The notes: generated from the letters alone by a model not told the origin. Positions 1 to 9,931 are shown, counted from the stretch's first letter. The stretch: 64,000 nucleotides of DNA from Calothrix sp. NIES-2100 (GCA_002368195.1 AP018178.1:5145286-5209285); one strand, 5' to 3'. Translations and numbers: made by a program.

Positions 1-518
1 CTTATTTGATTGATGATTTTACGCTGTAATTCTTGATATTGTTGTTCTGTGATCAATTTAGAATCGTATAGTCTTTTAATTTCTCTTAGTTGGTTTTCTA
101 TATTTGGACTCCCTTGGGTTTGTGTATTATCTATTTGGCAAGAATCTGGTTTAAAGGCTATTTTTCTCACAGGATGATCCCACCACTTAGAAAACTGAGT
201 TAACCAATTAGTAGTTCTGGTTGTATGTATGACTCTTACTTGATTATCACTAATTTCTAAACGAACCCAATCAGTAGACCTTTTTTGTATCAAACCCCCA
301 AATCCCCAAGTGATAACGCTACCTACTGAAACACCACTATCGGCTAGACGAAGTTTAATCACTTTTGGTGGTATAGCTTGTACTATTTTCCCTGGTGTCT
401 GATTTAGAGAACTAATATCATTAGCAATCAAACTACTATTTTTTTCTATGGCAGAGGATGGATTTAGTGCTATAGAATTAGCCAACAATACTGCTGATAT
501 GAAAATTTTTACTTTCAT
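1..518 (-). CDS. Secreted hypothetical protein, 3'-partial (runs off the window start); C-terminus resembles a SHOCT-like motif (LITEQQYQELQRKI)
   Basis: ATG at 516-518 on minus strand. N-terminal signal-peptide-like MKVKIFISAVLLANSIALNPSSA. Open frame continues to position 1 with no stop. Absent from the supplied ORF track, consistent with it running off the window edge. Confidence 0.45.
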   Translation of the reverse strand, partial: MKVKIFISAVLLANSIALNPSSAIEKNSSLIANDISSLNQTPGKIVQAIPPKVIKLRLADSGVSVGSVITWGFGGLIQKRSTDWVRLEISDNQVRVIHTTRTTNWLTQFSKWWDHPVRKIAFKPDSCQIDNTQTQGSPNIENQLREIKRLYDSKLITEQQYQELQRKIINQI

Positions 519-595
519 TATTTATTAATGTGTTTTAGTTTGCATGATTTATACTTTTAAGAAGTTTACAATATACCAGTAAAATCAGCAACAAG

Positions 596-650
596 GGGTA
601 AAGGTTGCAGCTGTCACCAGCCGCGAGGCGACGGCTGCAACCTTTACCCA
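596..650 (-). terminator. Long perfect hairpin (15-bp stem ggtaaaggttgcagc / gctgcaacctttacc) downstream of the LysR gene
   Basis: Inverted repeat read directly in the sequence, about 130 nt 3' of the minus-strand LysR stop. Confidence 0.4.
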
Positions 651-782
651 GAATTAATTACATCAAAATTGTTGAAATTTTTATGCCACATCAAGTTCTA
701 AACGTTCGTTCAGATCCAACCTAAAAATCAGGCTTTGAGCTTCATTAACGAGGCTTTGTTACTCGTGAATGAGCTTTTGATA

Positions 783-1679
783 TTATAAATAAGCGGATTT
801 AGCCAGACTATAAAAGTCAAATTTATTCAGCATTTCTAAAAACGTGAATACCGCCGGAATCTGAAGACCATTAGCTAAAATCGCAACTCCCATGACTCTT
901 TCTAGGGGTGTTGGTAAACTATATACTTGGACATTGTGCGGAATCGGTACAGCTGCTAGCTGGGGAATAATAGCAGCTCTTAGTCCCTGATTTACCAGGC
1001 TGACAATAGTAGAGTCTTCCTGAATATCACTAATAGTATGAATGAAATTTGCTACAACCTTCATGTGGCTGTGGAGATTGCGTCCGCAGGGTAAACAAGA
1101 CAGCAAAACTGGTGAATAGACAGCTATGTCTTCCCAAGTAATTTTCGGAGTGCTAACTTTGGCGGTTGGTGGTAGCAAAGCCACATACTCATCTCTAATA
1201 ATTTCCCATACTTCAAACTCATCACTAGTCGGTAAATAAGTCACCCCAATATCAGCCCGTCCTTCGCGCAAACAATGTTCTACCTCCAGGTAAGAAAGAC
1301 ACTCGATGATTGTTACAGCCACTTCTGGGAATTGATCGTGAAACTGAGCGATCGCTTTTGGTAATAAATGAGTAGCAACACTGCGAAAAGCTGCAACCCG
1401 CACATGTCCACCATGTAACCCTTTATACATATTCGCTTCCTGTTGCATCATCTCTAGATGTTGCAATGACTGACGGGCATGGTATAAAATGCGCTCTCCC
1501 GCAGGTGTGAGTACCGCACCATGACGACCTCTCGTAAATAAGGGGACACCCAATTCTGCTTCTAAGGTGGCGATCGCATGGCTAATTGCTGGTTGTGAAA
1601 GTTGCAATTCCAAAGCTGCCTCACTAAAGTTACCACAATCTGCTACAGCAACTACGGCTCGAAGTTGGGAGAGTTTCAT
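783..1679 (-). CDS. LysR-family transcriptional regulator
   Basis: N-terminal HTH MKLSQLRAVVAVADCGNFSEAALELQLSQPAISHAI...LFTR typical of LysR; about 300 aa with a C-terminal substrate-binding domain. Confidence 0.85.
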   Translation of the reverse strand: MKLSQLRAVVAVADCGNFSEAALELQLSQPAISHAIATLEAELGVPLFTRGRHGAVLTPAGERILYHARQSLQHLEMMQQEANMYKGLHGGHVRVAAFRSVATHLLPKAIAQFHDQFPEVAVTIIECLSYLEVEHCLREGRADIGVTYLPTSDEFEVWEIIRDEYVALLPPTAKVSTPKITWEDIAVYSPVLLSCLPCGRNLHSHMKVVANFIHTISDIQEDSTIVSLVNQGLRAAIIPQLAAVPIPHNVQVYSLPTPLERVMGVAILANGLQIPAVFTFLEMLNKFDFYSLAKSAYL

Positions 1680-1856
1680 GGCGAATTGAAAAGATAAGAG
1701 TGAGAAAAATCCTGACTCAATTGTGTCAAAAATATTCTATTCGGATTTTTGATATCTATAAATGGCATTTATAGAAACTATACAAGCCATGTTTTGATTA
1801 TTCACTCAAGGGTTGTTACAGTTTTGTTGTAATGAGCATCTATCGGAAATAATGCT

Positions 1857-2132
1857 ATGAGAAATGATATTAGATGCATGCAACCCGAAGAGATAAAAAT
1901 AACTTCTAAAACTAGTAATATCCTCGCGTCAATCGGGCAAGCATTGCATGGTTTATGGGACAATACCGTAAAAACACTACTAGCAGACCCTCAAGAATTA
2001 CAAGTTATCCAAAAAGTAGACCGACACGGTAATATCTATTGGCAAGCTTACGATCCTGTAACCGGAAAGTCCTACGCTTCCGGTTCAGAAGTTGATGTAA
2101 CTATGTGGATTGAGCAGCTTTACAGACAGTAA
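1857..2132 (+). CDS. Hypothetical small protein
   Basis: 91-aa ORF divergent from LysR; no recognisable motif. Confidence 0.3.
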   Translation: MRNDIRCMQPEEIKITSKTSNILASIGQALHGLWDNTVKTLLADPQELQVIQKVDRHGNIYWQAYDPVTGKSYASGSEVDVTMWIEQLYRQ

Positions 2133-2140
2133 AAATCAAC

Positions 2141-2794
2141 ATGACGCAACTTACCTTAGTAATTGGTAATAAAAATTATTCATCTTGGTCATTACGTCCT
2201 TGGTTAGCTTTAAAGCAATTCGGGGTGGAATTCGAGGAAATTTGCATTCCTCTCTACACCCCTGAAACTGCATCAAAAATTCAGCAATATTCGCCTTCAA
2301 AAAAAGTACCAGTGCTTTTACATAATCATCAAAGCATCTGGGACTCTCTAGCGATTTGCGAATACCTAGCAGAAGAATTCCCCGATATGGATTGGTGGTC
2401 AGAAGATAAAATAAATAGAGCATTAGCTCGTTCTATTAGTGCAGAAATGCACTCAGGATTTCAAAATCTCCGGCAAAATATGCCCATGAATTGCCGAGCT
2501 AAATTACCAGGTAAAGGGTTAACACCAGAAGTGCAAAAAGATATTGACCGCATTACCAGCATTTGGCAACAATTCCGGTCAAAATTTGCAGCCGATGGGG
2601 ATATGTTATTTGGCAAATTCACAATTGCTGATGCCATGTTTGCCCCAGTCGTATTACGCTTTGTCACTTACGATGTGCAATTAGATAGTATTTCTAGAAA
2701 ATATGTAGAGACAATTTTAGAACTTCCCGCAATTCAAGAATGGATACAAGCAGCCAAAACCGAAACAGAAGTTCTTTCTCAATATGAATTGTAG
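2141..2794 (+). CDS. Glutathione S-transferase family protein
   Basis: GST N-terminal thioredoxin-like region (SWSLRPWLALKQFGVEFEE, VPVLLHN) and alpha-helical C-terminal domain; 217 aa. Confidence 0.75.
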   Translation: MTQLTLVIGNKNYSSWSLRPWLALKQFGVEFEEICIPLYTPETASKIQQYSPSKKVPVLLHNHQSIWDSLAICEYLAEEFPDMDWWSEDKINRALARSISAEMHSGFQNLRQNMPMNCRAKLPGKGLTPEVQKDIDRITSIWQQFRSKFAADGDMLFGKFTIADAMFAPVVLRFVTYDVQLDSISRKYVETILELPAIQEWIQAAKTETEVLSQYEL

Positions 2795-2867
2795 TTTTGA
2801 CTTCCGTCCTCAACGTTCCCTAAATTCGTCTATTAAAATGCAAATTCCCATACATAGGTGAACAACA

Positions 2868-2900
2868 AGATCCCCGACTTCTTAAAGAATTCGGGGATCT
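2868..2900. repeat. Dispersed palindromic element AGATCCCCGACTTCTTnAAGAAnTCGGGGATCT (copy 1 of 3)
   Basis: Near-identical 33-nt hairpin-forming palindrome also found at 23352-23384 and 40848-40880. Confidence 0.8.
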
Positions 2901-3320
2901 GAGTCTATTGAGTCGATTAACGTAGCAGAGACAATTTTTTATTTAATATCTACCTCAACCAATTTCTCTCTGGAGGAGATTTTATCATGAATAGTCATTC
3001 TACATGCCAGCGCGAAGCCGCGCGAAGCCATAGTGTAGAATAGACCTCTTGCAAAAGTCCTTTTTGCAAGAGGGGGGAAAAGGGTAAAGGTTAAAGGTAA
3101 AGGGGATAATACAAAACCTTTTCCCCTTCCCCCTACCCCTAATCCCCACGAAGTGGGGCCCCGAGTTCCCCTTTTCCCGACTTATGCAAGAAGTCTAATA
3201 ACTAGTAACTTGAGTTAAACTTTTGCTAGGATGTCATCCACAGTAGTACACAGTTTGCACCGAAAAAATGTCAGCTGTTATGAAATACTTATGCTGCGGA
3301 TGACTTATAAATAAGCGCAG

Positions 3321-4118
3321 ATGAAACACCTTAAATCGCGTTCTCAAGATTTGCGGAGTTTGTTTGAGAACAACATCACCATTGAATACGTCGCAGAACC
3401 GCTGAAAGCAGTTGCGGCTGAAGCCGAGGTAACAGAAGTGCTGCATTGGATGCAAGCACGGGATTTTGATGTGATTGGTGTGGAGTCGGGAGATACTATC
3501 ACTGGCTATGTAGAACGCACCAGCCTGATAAAAGCCACATCAGGTAAGTGCAGCGATTATCAGCGAGTGTTTCATCCCAAAGAACTCATCGCTATTTCCA
3601 CCCCACTGATGAAATTGTTACCCATTCTGCAACAAACTCCCCGATTATTTGTGCTTGACTGCAATCAAGTAACGGGAATTATTACCTGTGGCGATTTGCA
3701 AAAAGCACCTGCAAGAATGCTGCTGTTTGGCTTAGTAACACTGCTAGAAATGAATCTGCTGCGACTCGTGCGGCTTTACTATCCTCAAGATTCATGGCAA
3801 GAAGTATTAAAACCAGAACGTTTACAAGTTGCTCAAAGATTATGGCGAGAAAGCCAAGAAAGAAACGAAGCCACAGATTTGTTAGATTATCTGCAATTTT
3901 GTGATAAGCGAGAGTTAGTTTTAAATCAACCAGAACTTCTTGAGCAACTGGGACTAAAATCTAAGCGATTTGGAGAGCGTTTTCTCAAATCTGCCGAACA
4001 GCTACGCAACCGATTAGCGCACGCACAAAATTTAGTCAGTGGTTCCTCTTGGACAGACTTAATTTCCCTAGCAGAAGCGATGGAAACATTATTAATTCGT
4101 TGTGAAGAAATTGAGTGA
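3321..4118 (+). CDS. CBS-pair / HEPN-domain fusion protein (predicted ligand-gated RNase)
   Basis: Two CBS-like motifs (FDVIGVESGDTITGYVERTSL; RLFVLDCNQVTGIITCGDLQK). C-terminal LRNRLAHAQN matches the HEPN R-x4-H(R-N-x-x-x-H) catalytic motif. Confidence 0.5.
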   Translation: MKHLKSRSQDLRSLFENNITIEYVAEPLKAVAAEAEVTEVLHWMQARDFDVIGVESGDTITGYVERTSLIKATSGKCSDYQRVFHPKELIAISTPLMKLLPILQQTPRLFVLDCNQVTGIITCGDLQKAPARMLLFGLVTLLEMNLLRLVRLYYPQDSWQEVLKPERLQVAQRLWRESQERNEATDLLDYLQFCDKRELVLNQPELLEQLGLKSKRFGERFLKSAEQLRNRLAHAQNLVSGSSWTDLISLAEAMETLLIRCEEIE

Positions 4119-4245
4119 TGATTGCTAATGTGTCATTTCTCATTACAAAGGATAGAGAAATTACAGCAGATTGTACAGATAATTGTCAGGGCAGTGCCCA
4201 TACGTGTCAACTTAATCATGGGACAGACCATTAAGCCGATAGCTT

Positions 4246-4347
4246 CCGGTTTATTGAATTCGGGTAGTCGTTTATTGAATTGGGGTAGTCGTTTATTGAA
4301 TTCGGGTAGTCGTTTATTGAATTGGGGTAGTCGTTTATTGAATTCGG
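4246..4347. repeat. Tandem 21-bp direct repeat x5 (TAGTCGTTTATTGAATT[C/G]GGG)
   Basis: Five head-to-tail copies alternating C/G at one position. The overlapping ORFs 4122..4355 and 4231..4458 translate to low-complexity repeats. Confidence 0.85.
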
Positions 4348-4913
4348 GTCAGTAACAGGATAAGTCAACTTCATCTCCTGCGAATGAACTTTGCCGACTT
4401 GTGTGTACATCGTAGCTCCCTTGGAAGAGGGAAGATGAGGGCAAAACGTTGTCACCAAGTGGGTTTCGTGTTAAGTTGACACCAATGGGCAGTGCCGTGC
4501 CCCTACCGGCGTACCTCATTTACCTGAAATGCGCTGTATGATATTTTTTCTCTGGAATACTTTTGCTTAGTGCGTGAGGTAAATTATACCAATTAAATAA
4601 AAGAAGGCGACAGATACGTAGGTTGGGTAGAACGAAGTGAAACCCAATACATACAAGGTTTTAAACTGTTGGGTTGCGTTCTTCAACGCAATTTTAATAT
4701 CATAAAGTGATTGATATAGCTAGGAAAATCACAAAATTTTACAATACTTAATAACGCCTAAAAAAGCAGTAGGGGCACAACGACCGTTGCACCCCTAGCA
4801 TGTGTTTGATTTCAACAAAAAACGCGATGTCTGGCGACAAGCCCTCCGGGTTCAGCAGTTGCTTCAAGTCGGGGAACCCGCCCAACGCACTGCTTCACCG
4901 CTTTGTGTCTACA

Positions 4914-6098
4914 CTATCTGTCAACAGAACCCATAATCACGTCAATACTGCCGAGAATTACCACAATATCTGCCACCTTCATTCCGCGTAATAAATGAGG
5001 CAGAATTTGTAGGTTGTTGAAATCGGCGGCGCGAATCTTCCAGCGTGCGGGGAAGACGTTATCATCACCCACTAAATAAATGCCCAGTTCACCTTTACCG
5101 CTTTCGACACGGGCGTAAATTTCTCCTTTGGGAATCTTAAAAGAAGGAGAAACTTTTTTACCAATATACTGGTAATCAAAAGCATCCCATTCTGATTTTT
5201 TCCCAGCAGCTAAACGCTTCGCTTCTAGGTTTTCATAAGGGCCACCGGGAAGTCCTTTAATTGCTTGGCGAATAATTTTCACAGATTCGCGCATTTCCCG
5301 CATCCGCACTACGTAACGGGCAAAGCAATCACCAGCAGTTTCCCACTGCACATCCCAATCAAAGTCATCGTAGCATTCGTAGTGGTCTACTTTGCGCAAG
5401 TCCCACTTCACCCCAGAAGCGCGTAACATGGGGCCAGAAAGTCCCCAGTTAATTGCTTCTTCGCGGGTGATTGTGCCAATACCTTCAACCCGACGACGGA
5501 AAATGGGGTTATTGGTAACCAACTTTTCGTACTCGTCTATTTTAGGTAGCAAGTAATCGCAGAATTCTGAGCACTTATCTACCCAACCGTAAGGTAAATC
5601 AACCGCCACGCCACCAACGCGGAAGTAATTGTTATTTACCATCCGATAACCAGTAGCAGCTTCCCACAAATCATAAATCATCTCCCGTTCGCGGAACTGG
5701 TAGAAGAAGGGAGTTTGCGCGCCCACGTCAGCGAGGAAGGGCCCAAACCACAACAAGTGGTTGGCGATTCGGTTCAATTCCAGCATAATCACGCGGATGT
5801 AGCTGGCGCGTTTGGGTACAGCCACACCTGCCAATTTTTCTGGGGCGTTGACAGTGACGGCTTCATTGAACATCCCCGCTGCGTAGTCCCACCGACTCAC
5901 GTAGGGAACATACATAATCGTGGTGCGGTTTTCCGCGATTTTTTCCATTCCCCGGTGCAGGTAGCCAATTACTGGTTCACAATCAATAACATCCTCGCCA
6001 TCCAGGGTAACAATTAACCGCAGAACCCCGTGCATTGAGGGATGGTGCGGTCCCATATTCAGCACCATAGGTTCAGTGCGGGTTTCTATTCTGGCCAT
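4914..6098 (-). CDS. ndhH: NAD(P)H-quinone oxidoreductase (NDH-1) subunit H
   Basis: [28 protein letters not shown]... is the canonical NdhH/NuoD N-terminus; 394 aa. Confidence 0.95.
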   Translation of the reverse strand: MARIETRTEPMVLNMGPHHPSMHGVLRLIVTLDGEDVIDCEPVIGYLHRGMEKIAENRTTIMYVPYVSRWDYAAGMFNEAVTVNAPEKLAGVAVPKRASYIRVIMLELNRIANHLLWFGPFLADVGAQTPFFYQFREREMIYDLWEAATGYRMVNNNYFRVGGVAVDLPYGWVDKCSEFCDYLLPKIDEYEKLVTNNPIFRRRVEGIGTITREEAINWGLSGPMLRASGVKWDLRKVDHYECYDDFDWDVQWETAGDCFARYVVRMREMRESVKIIRQAIKGLPGGPYENLEAKRLAAGKKSEWDAFDYQYIGKKVSPSFKIPKGEIYARVESGKGELGIYLVGDDNVFPARWKIRAADFNNLQILPHLLRGMKVADIVVILGSIDVIMGSVDR

Positions 6099-6460
6099 AG
6101 ATTATAGTGTTCTCCCGTTCATGAAAATTTAGAATTGGATCGCGTAGATGCCAACCAGACCCAATTTATATTGTCTGCCACAATCAGACTCTTGAGAGTA
6201 ATGGGTTTAGGTTGGAAAGAAGATGGCAGCCGAGGGATTTTGGTTGATGTTTAATTTTGTTGCACTTCTTCAATTATTATATGGAATCCGCAATAAGTTA
6301 TTGACTGGACTCGGAAAATAGGATTATCTTCAAAATATCTGCTACTAAATGCCTTAATAGTGATTTAATATCGTTAAATTCCTCTTATATAGTGCATTTT
6401 AGCTATATATACCAAAATTAAGTTTAAAAACTGAGTATAAATCTTACCTAAAAAACTTTT

Positions 6461-7711
6461 GTGCGATTACGGATTTCTTGTGTAATAGGGGGTTTGTTTG
6501 GTGTCATTTTGTCAGTGTTTCTGCTGCTCTTACAGTCTCATTTTGTTGTAGCAGCCTCTGATACAGTAGTTTATGACAAAGCCCAGAAAGCACAATCAGG
6601 CTTTTTGGCGATACTGGAAACCCTCGTCAACATTGATTCAGCAACGGGCGATCAACAGGGGCTGACTCAGGTGGAAAACCTTGTGATTGAGCAGCTGAAA
6701 TCCGTAGATGCTGACGTTAAAACTATAGATGCAACGCCTAGCGCTGGACGGAACATCCTGGCAACAATTCAAGGTACTGGCAAACGCAAGATTCTGCTTC
6801 TTGCCCACACTGATACCGTATTCGACAAAGAAAAAGCAGCTCAACATCCTTTTAAAATTGTTGATGGCAAAGCCTACGGTCTAGGGGTGATGGATGACAA
6901 AGGCGGAATTCTCTTAGGTATCGAAGCACTGAAAATTTTGCGAGAACTGAATTTTCAGGAATTTGGCACGATTACCTTTTTAATTAATCCAGATGAAGAA
7001 AAAGGATCGTTGGGTTCACGGGAATTGATCAAAGAAACTGCGAAAAAACATGATATCGCGCTGGTGTTAGAATTTGGCTCCCCAGAAGATAAGGTAACCT
7101 CATGGCGCAAGGGAATTGGTTACTATGGACTTGAAGTCAAAGGTCGAGCAGCCCATGCGGGGGCTGAACCAGAAAAAGGCTGTAATGCTCTATTGGAGGC
7201 AGCTTTCCAAACTTTGCAACTGAGAAACCTTGGCGATCGCAACAAACAGACGACAGTTAATTTTACTGTTTTCCAGGCAGGCGATCGCAGAAATATAATT
7301 CCCGATTCTGCCAAGGTTCAGGCAGATGTGCGGGTACTCCAAGCCCAAGAGTACACTCGCCTCGAACGTGACTTTACGCGGTTATCACAAAACAAACTGT
7401 TGCCTTGCACTGAAATCAAGGTGATCTCAGAACGAGGTCGTCCACCGTTTCCACCCAATGCCAAAACCGATGCGTTAGTTAAAAAAGCTCAAGCCATTTA
7501 TCAAACAATTGGTCTCAAGCTGGGAGTTGAAGGCAGTGGCGGTGGTACTGATGGTAACTACGCTGCCTCCGTGGGCACATCCACACTTGATGCACTTGGG
7601 CCTGTAGGTGGGGGTGCGCATAGTCCAGATGAATATATCAATTTGGATCGGATTGCACCGCGAATTTACTTACTCACCAAGCTGTTAATGGATTTGGGAT
7701 CTGCAAACTAG
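6461..7711 (+). CDS. Peptidase M20 family (glutamate carboxypeptidase-like), secreted
   Basis: Signal peptide and M20 motifs (LLLAHTDTV, GVMDDKGG, NPDEEKGS, metal-binding H/D/E); 416 aa. Start codon uncertain (GTG at 6461). Confidence 0.8.
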   Translation: MRLRISCVIGGLFGVILSVFLLLLQSHFVVAASDTVVYDKAQKAQSGFLAILETLVNIDSATGDQQGLTQVENLVIEQLKSVDADVKTIDATPSAGRNILATIQGTGKRKILLLAHTDTVFDKEKAAQHPFKIVDGKAYGLGVMDDKGGILLGIEALKILRELNFQEFGTITFLINPDEEKGSLGSRELIKETAKKHDIALVLEFGSPEDKVTSWRKGIGYYGLEVKGRAAHAGAEPEKGCNALLEAAFQTLQLRNLGDRNKQTTVNFTVFQAGDRRNIIPDSAKVQADVRVLQAQEYTRLERDFTRLSQNKLLPCTEIKVISERGRPPFPPNAKTDALVKKAQAIYQTIGLKLGVEGSGGGTDGNYAASVGTSTLDALGPVGGGAHSPDEYINLDRIAPRIYLLTKLLMDLGSAN

Positions 7712-7740
7712 TCAATTGTCAATTGTCATAGTAATTTCTC

Positions 7741-7812
7741 CCTGTCCCCTCTGCCCCCCTGCCCCCCTGCTCCCACCCTCTCCCACACTCCCCCATCCCC
7801 CTCACCAAAATA
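7741..7812. repeat. C-rich STRR-like octamer repeat block (CCCCTG/CCCCTC units)
   Basis: ccctgtcccctctgcccccctgcccccctgctcccaccctctccc... read directly. Confidence 0.6.
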
Positions 7813-7825
7813 ATGGGTCTGAAGC

Positions 7826-7850
7826 CTCGCCCTTCTAGGGCGACTTTTTA
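7826..7850 (+). terminator. Intrinsic terminator hairpin (tcgccc-ttcta-gggcga) plus T-run after the M20 peptidase gene
   Basis: Stem-loop followed by TTTTTATT on the plus strand. Confidence 0.5.
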
Positions 7851-7975
7851 TTAATTTTTAACTTCCTAACTAATTCTCTGAGTACATCAGACTTTGTTCT
7901 TTTAGTTGCTTGGCAATAGTCTTCAAGATGTGCTAGCTCTTCCTCTGTTAATCGAAAAAATACGCTTTTATTCAT
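7835..7975 (-). CDS. Small ribbon-helix-helix (CopG/Arc-like) protein, 46 aa, not in the ORF track
   Basis: Manual translation gives MNKSVFFRLTEEELAHLEDYCQATKRTKSDVLRELVRKLKINKKSP. FRLTEEE...SDVLRELV is a classic RHH beta-strand plus two-helix signature. Divergent from tnpB. Confidence 0.45.
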   Translation of the reverse strand: MNKSVFFRLTEEELAHLEDYCQATKRTKSDVLRELVRKLKINKKSP

Positions 7976-8027
7976 TGTTTTGTATATCTTGATGATATAC
8001 AATCATCACAAACCAAGAGGAAAATTA

Positions 8028-9173
8028 GTGAAAGCAAGATACCAGTATCGCTTCTATCCAACACCACAACAGCAACAAAGCCTAGCTCAGTTGTTTGGAT
8101 GTGTACGTGTTGTATATAACGATGCTTTGGCTATCTGCAAGCAGTCCGAAAAACTTCCCAAGAACAGCGAATTACAAAAGCTTGTAATTACACAAGCCAA
8201 AAAGACTGATGAACGCTCATGGTTGTCTGATGTTTCAGTAACTCCATTGCAACAGTCAGTTGCCGATTTAGGCGTTGCCTACAAGAACTTTTTTGATTTT
8301 CTTAAGGGTAAGCGAAAAGGGAAAAAAGCAGGAACTCCGCGATTCAAAAAGAAGACAAGTAAGCAGGGAGCAAGGTTTACGCTCAACAGTTTTTCAATTA
8401 AAGGTACGTTCGTATATCTAGCCAAAATTGGTAACGTTAAGCCTATTTGGTCTAGACGTTTACCGTCATCCCCGTCAAGCGTAACAGTCATCAAAGACTG
8501 CGAAGACCGCTATTTTCTTAGCTTTGTTGTAGAAATAGAACCTATTCATATTGATGCCAAAAACCAAAGCATTGGTATTGATTTAGGAATTCAAACTTTT
8601 GCAGTTATGAGCAATGGGGACAAAGCAGCAAGTCCCGATTACTCAAAAAAAGACCGCAAAATCCGCAAATTACAACGCAAGCTAGCAAGGCAACAGAAAG
8701 GGTCTCAACGTCGTGAACGTACTCGCATAAGAATTGCCAACAGACACAATCAAATTGCGGATACCCGCAAAGATTTCTTGCACAAGCTATCAACCAAAGT
8801 AGTTAGTGAGAACCAAACTATTGTTTTGGAAGATTTGAATGTGTCGGGAATGGTTAAAAATCGCAAGTTGGCAAGGGCGATTAGCTTGCAGGGATGGCGA
8901 GAATTTCGGGTATTATGCGAGGCTAAATGTGAAAAATTTAGTCGAGATTTCAGAGTAATTAATAGATGGGAACCCACCAGCCAAACTTGTTCTTGTTGTG
9001 GGTATCGATGGGGCAAGATTGATTTATCTGTTCGTTCAGTGTTGTGCTTGAATTGCAACACTGAACACGACAGAGATGATAATGCGTCCCGAAATATAGA
9101 AATGGTCGGCATGGGGCATCGGCACGACCTTAAACGGACGGGGAGCGACCATAAGACTACGAAGAGTAGCTAG
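8028..9173 (+). CDS. tnpB: IS200/IS605-family TnpB (OrfB) RNA-guided nuclease-like transposase accessory protein
   Basis: KARYQYRFYPTPQQ N-terminus, RuvC-like core and C-terminal zinc finger CSCCGY...CLNCNTEHDRDDNASRNI. Likely GTG start at 8028 (track ORF begins at TTG 7980). Confidence 0.85.
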   Translation: MKARYQYRFYPTPQQQQSLAQLFGCVRVVYNDALAICKQSEKLPKNSELQKLVITQAKKTDERSWLSDVSVTPLQQSVADLGVAYKNFFDFLKGKRKGKKAGTPRFKKKTSKQGARFTLNSFSIKGTFVYLAKIGNVKPIWSRRLPSSPSSVTVIKDCEDRYFLSFVVEIEPIHIDAKNQSIGIDLGIQTFAVMSNGDKAASPDYSKKDRKIRKLQRKLARQQKGSQRRERTRIRIANRHNQIADTRKDFLHKLSTKVVSENQTIVLEDLNVSGMVKNRKLARAISLQGWREFRVLCEAKCEKFSRDFRVINRWEPTSQTCSCCGYRWGKIDLSVRSVLCLNCNTEHDRDDNASRNIEMVGMGHRHDLKRTGSDHKTTKSS

Positions 9174-9245
9174 TTGCTGGGAGCCGTCAAGAATCGCCGA
9201 CGTTCTACGTCGGTGAGTATGTCAATGCGGCGGTCTCGCGCAAGG
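9174..9245 (+). ncRNA. Putative omega-RNA (reRNA) / right-end region of the TnpB element
   Basis: Located immediately 3' of tnpB, where TnpB guide RNAs are encoded. Contains a palindromic stem CCGACGTTCTACGTCGG typical of IS605 right-end hairpins. Confidence 0.3.
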
Positions 9246-9788
9246 TGAGTCAGTTGTAGTAGAAGTATCAGGAAATACAGCTAAAGTATGATACTCCGGG
9301 CTGTCATCACCATATAAAACTCGGAATGTATACAATTTAGTTTTTTCTGACCCTTCGGTAATTACTGTTAATAATGTATTGTTAGTATAAGGTAAACCGG
9401 GAATTGGCAGCTTTTTAATCCGTCTGAGTTGCATGACGTTTGCTGAAGAATTTTGGCAATCTCCTGTATTACCTCCTTGACCGAACTGCATACACATCGG
9501 CCCGTCAAAATCTATGGTTACCTGTGACGGGTCATTTAACCAAACTTTTTTAATTTTTTCTCCCGCCGGAATAAAACTGAGGTTTGTACCCTGCTGATAC
9601 CAAACTTTAATAGTAGGTACTACTCCGCTTAAACCTTGAGCTTGACAGGAAAAAATCGATCGCAGAACAGCATTCTCAGCTACAGCGCGTCCTGCTAATA
9701 AGATTGCAGCCACAAAACCTAAAGAAGCCAGAGGTAGAAAATAAGAATTATTTAAGATATTTGCGCGAAAATTGCTGTTTTTCTTCAT
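9222..9788 (-). CDS. Secreted hypothetical protein (possible outer T4SS component, VirB9/VirB7-like by position)
   Basis: Real start at internal ATG (MKKNSNFRAN..., signal peptide LASLGFVAAILLAGRAVA). The upstream PCPPC part of the track ORF is translated STRR repeat. Confidence 0.45.
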   Translation of the reverse strand: MKKNSNFRANILNNSYFLPLASLGFVAAILLAGRAVAENAVLRSIFSCQAQGLSGVVPTIKVWYQQGTNLSFIPAGEKIKKVWLNDPSQVTIDFDGPMCMQFGQGGNTGDCQNSSANVMQLRRIKKLPIPGLPYTNNTLLTVITEGSEKTKLYTFRVLYGDDSPEYHTLAVFPDTSTTTDSPCARPPH

Positions 9789-9789
9789 G

Positions 9790-9930
9790 GCTGAACTGGG
9801 AAGGAGTGGGCAGGGGGGCAGGGGGCAGGAGGGACAAGGGGGACAAGGGAGACAAGGAGGACAAGGAGAACAAGGATGATAAATAAGAAATATCCAATGC
9901 CCAATGCCCAATGCCCAATGCCCATTAATC
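9790..9930. repeat. STRR block: (GGGACAAGG)n octamers followed by (ATGCCCA)4 heptamers
   Basis: Tandem short repeats read directly; generate spurious ORFs 9704..9886 and the N-terminus of 9222..9911. Confidence 0.8.
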
Positions 9931-9931
9931 C

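Noticed and set aside
4246-4347. Possible CRISPR array
   Set aside because: Units are directly adjacent with no spacers and no cas genes nearby; this is a simple tandem repeat, not CRISPR.
4122-4458. ORFs 4122..4355(+) and 4231..4458(-) encoding LLNSGSRLLNWGSR / INDYPNS repeats
   Set aside because: They are translations of the 21-bp x5 tandem DNA repeat; low-complexity and mutually overlapping, so not real genes.
5715-6017. Antisense ORF inside ndhH, plus many similar 60-120 aa antisense ORFs inside guaA, cbiD, devB, the WD40 gene, the histidine kinase and others
   Set aside because: Fully embedded in well-supported genes on the opposite strand; no independent evidence.
9704-9911. PCPPCP/Gly-Asp-Lys rich ORFs (9704..9886 +, N-terminal 41 aa of 9222..9911 -)
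   Set aside because: Artefacts of reading through CCCCTTGT/GGGACAAGG STRR octamers; the real minus-strand gene starts at the internal ATG at 9788.
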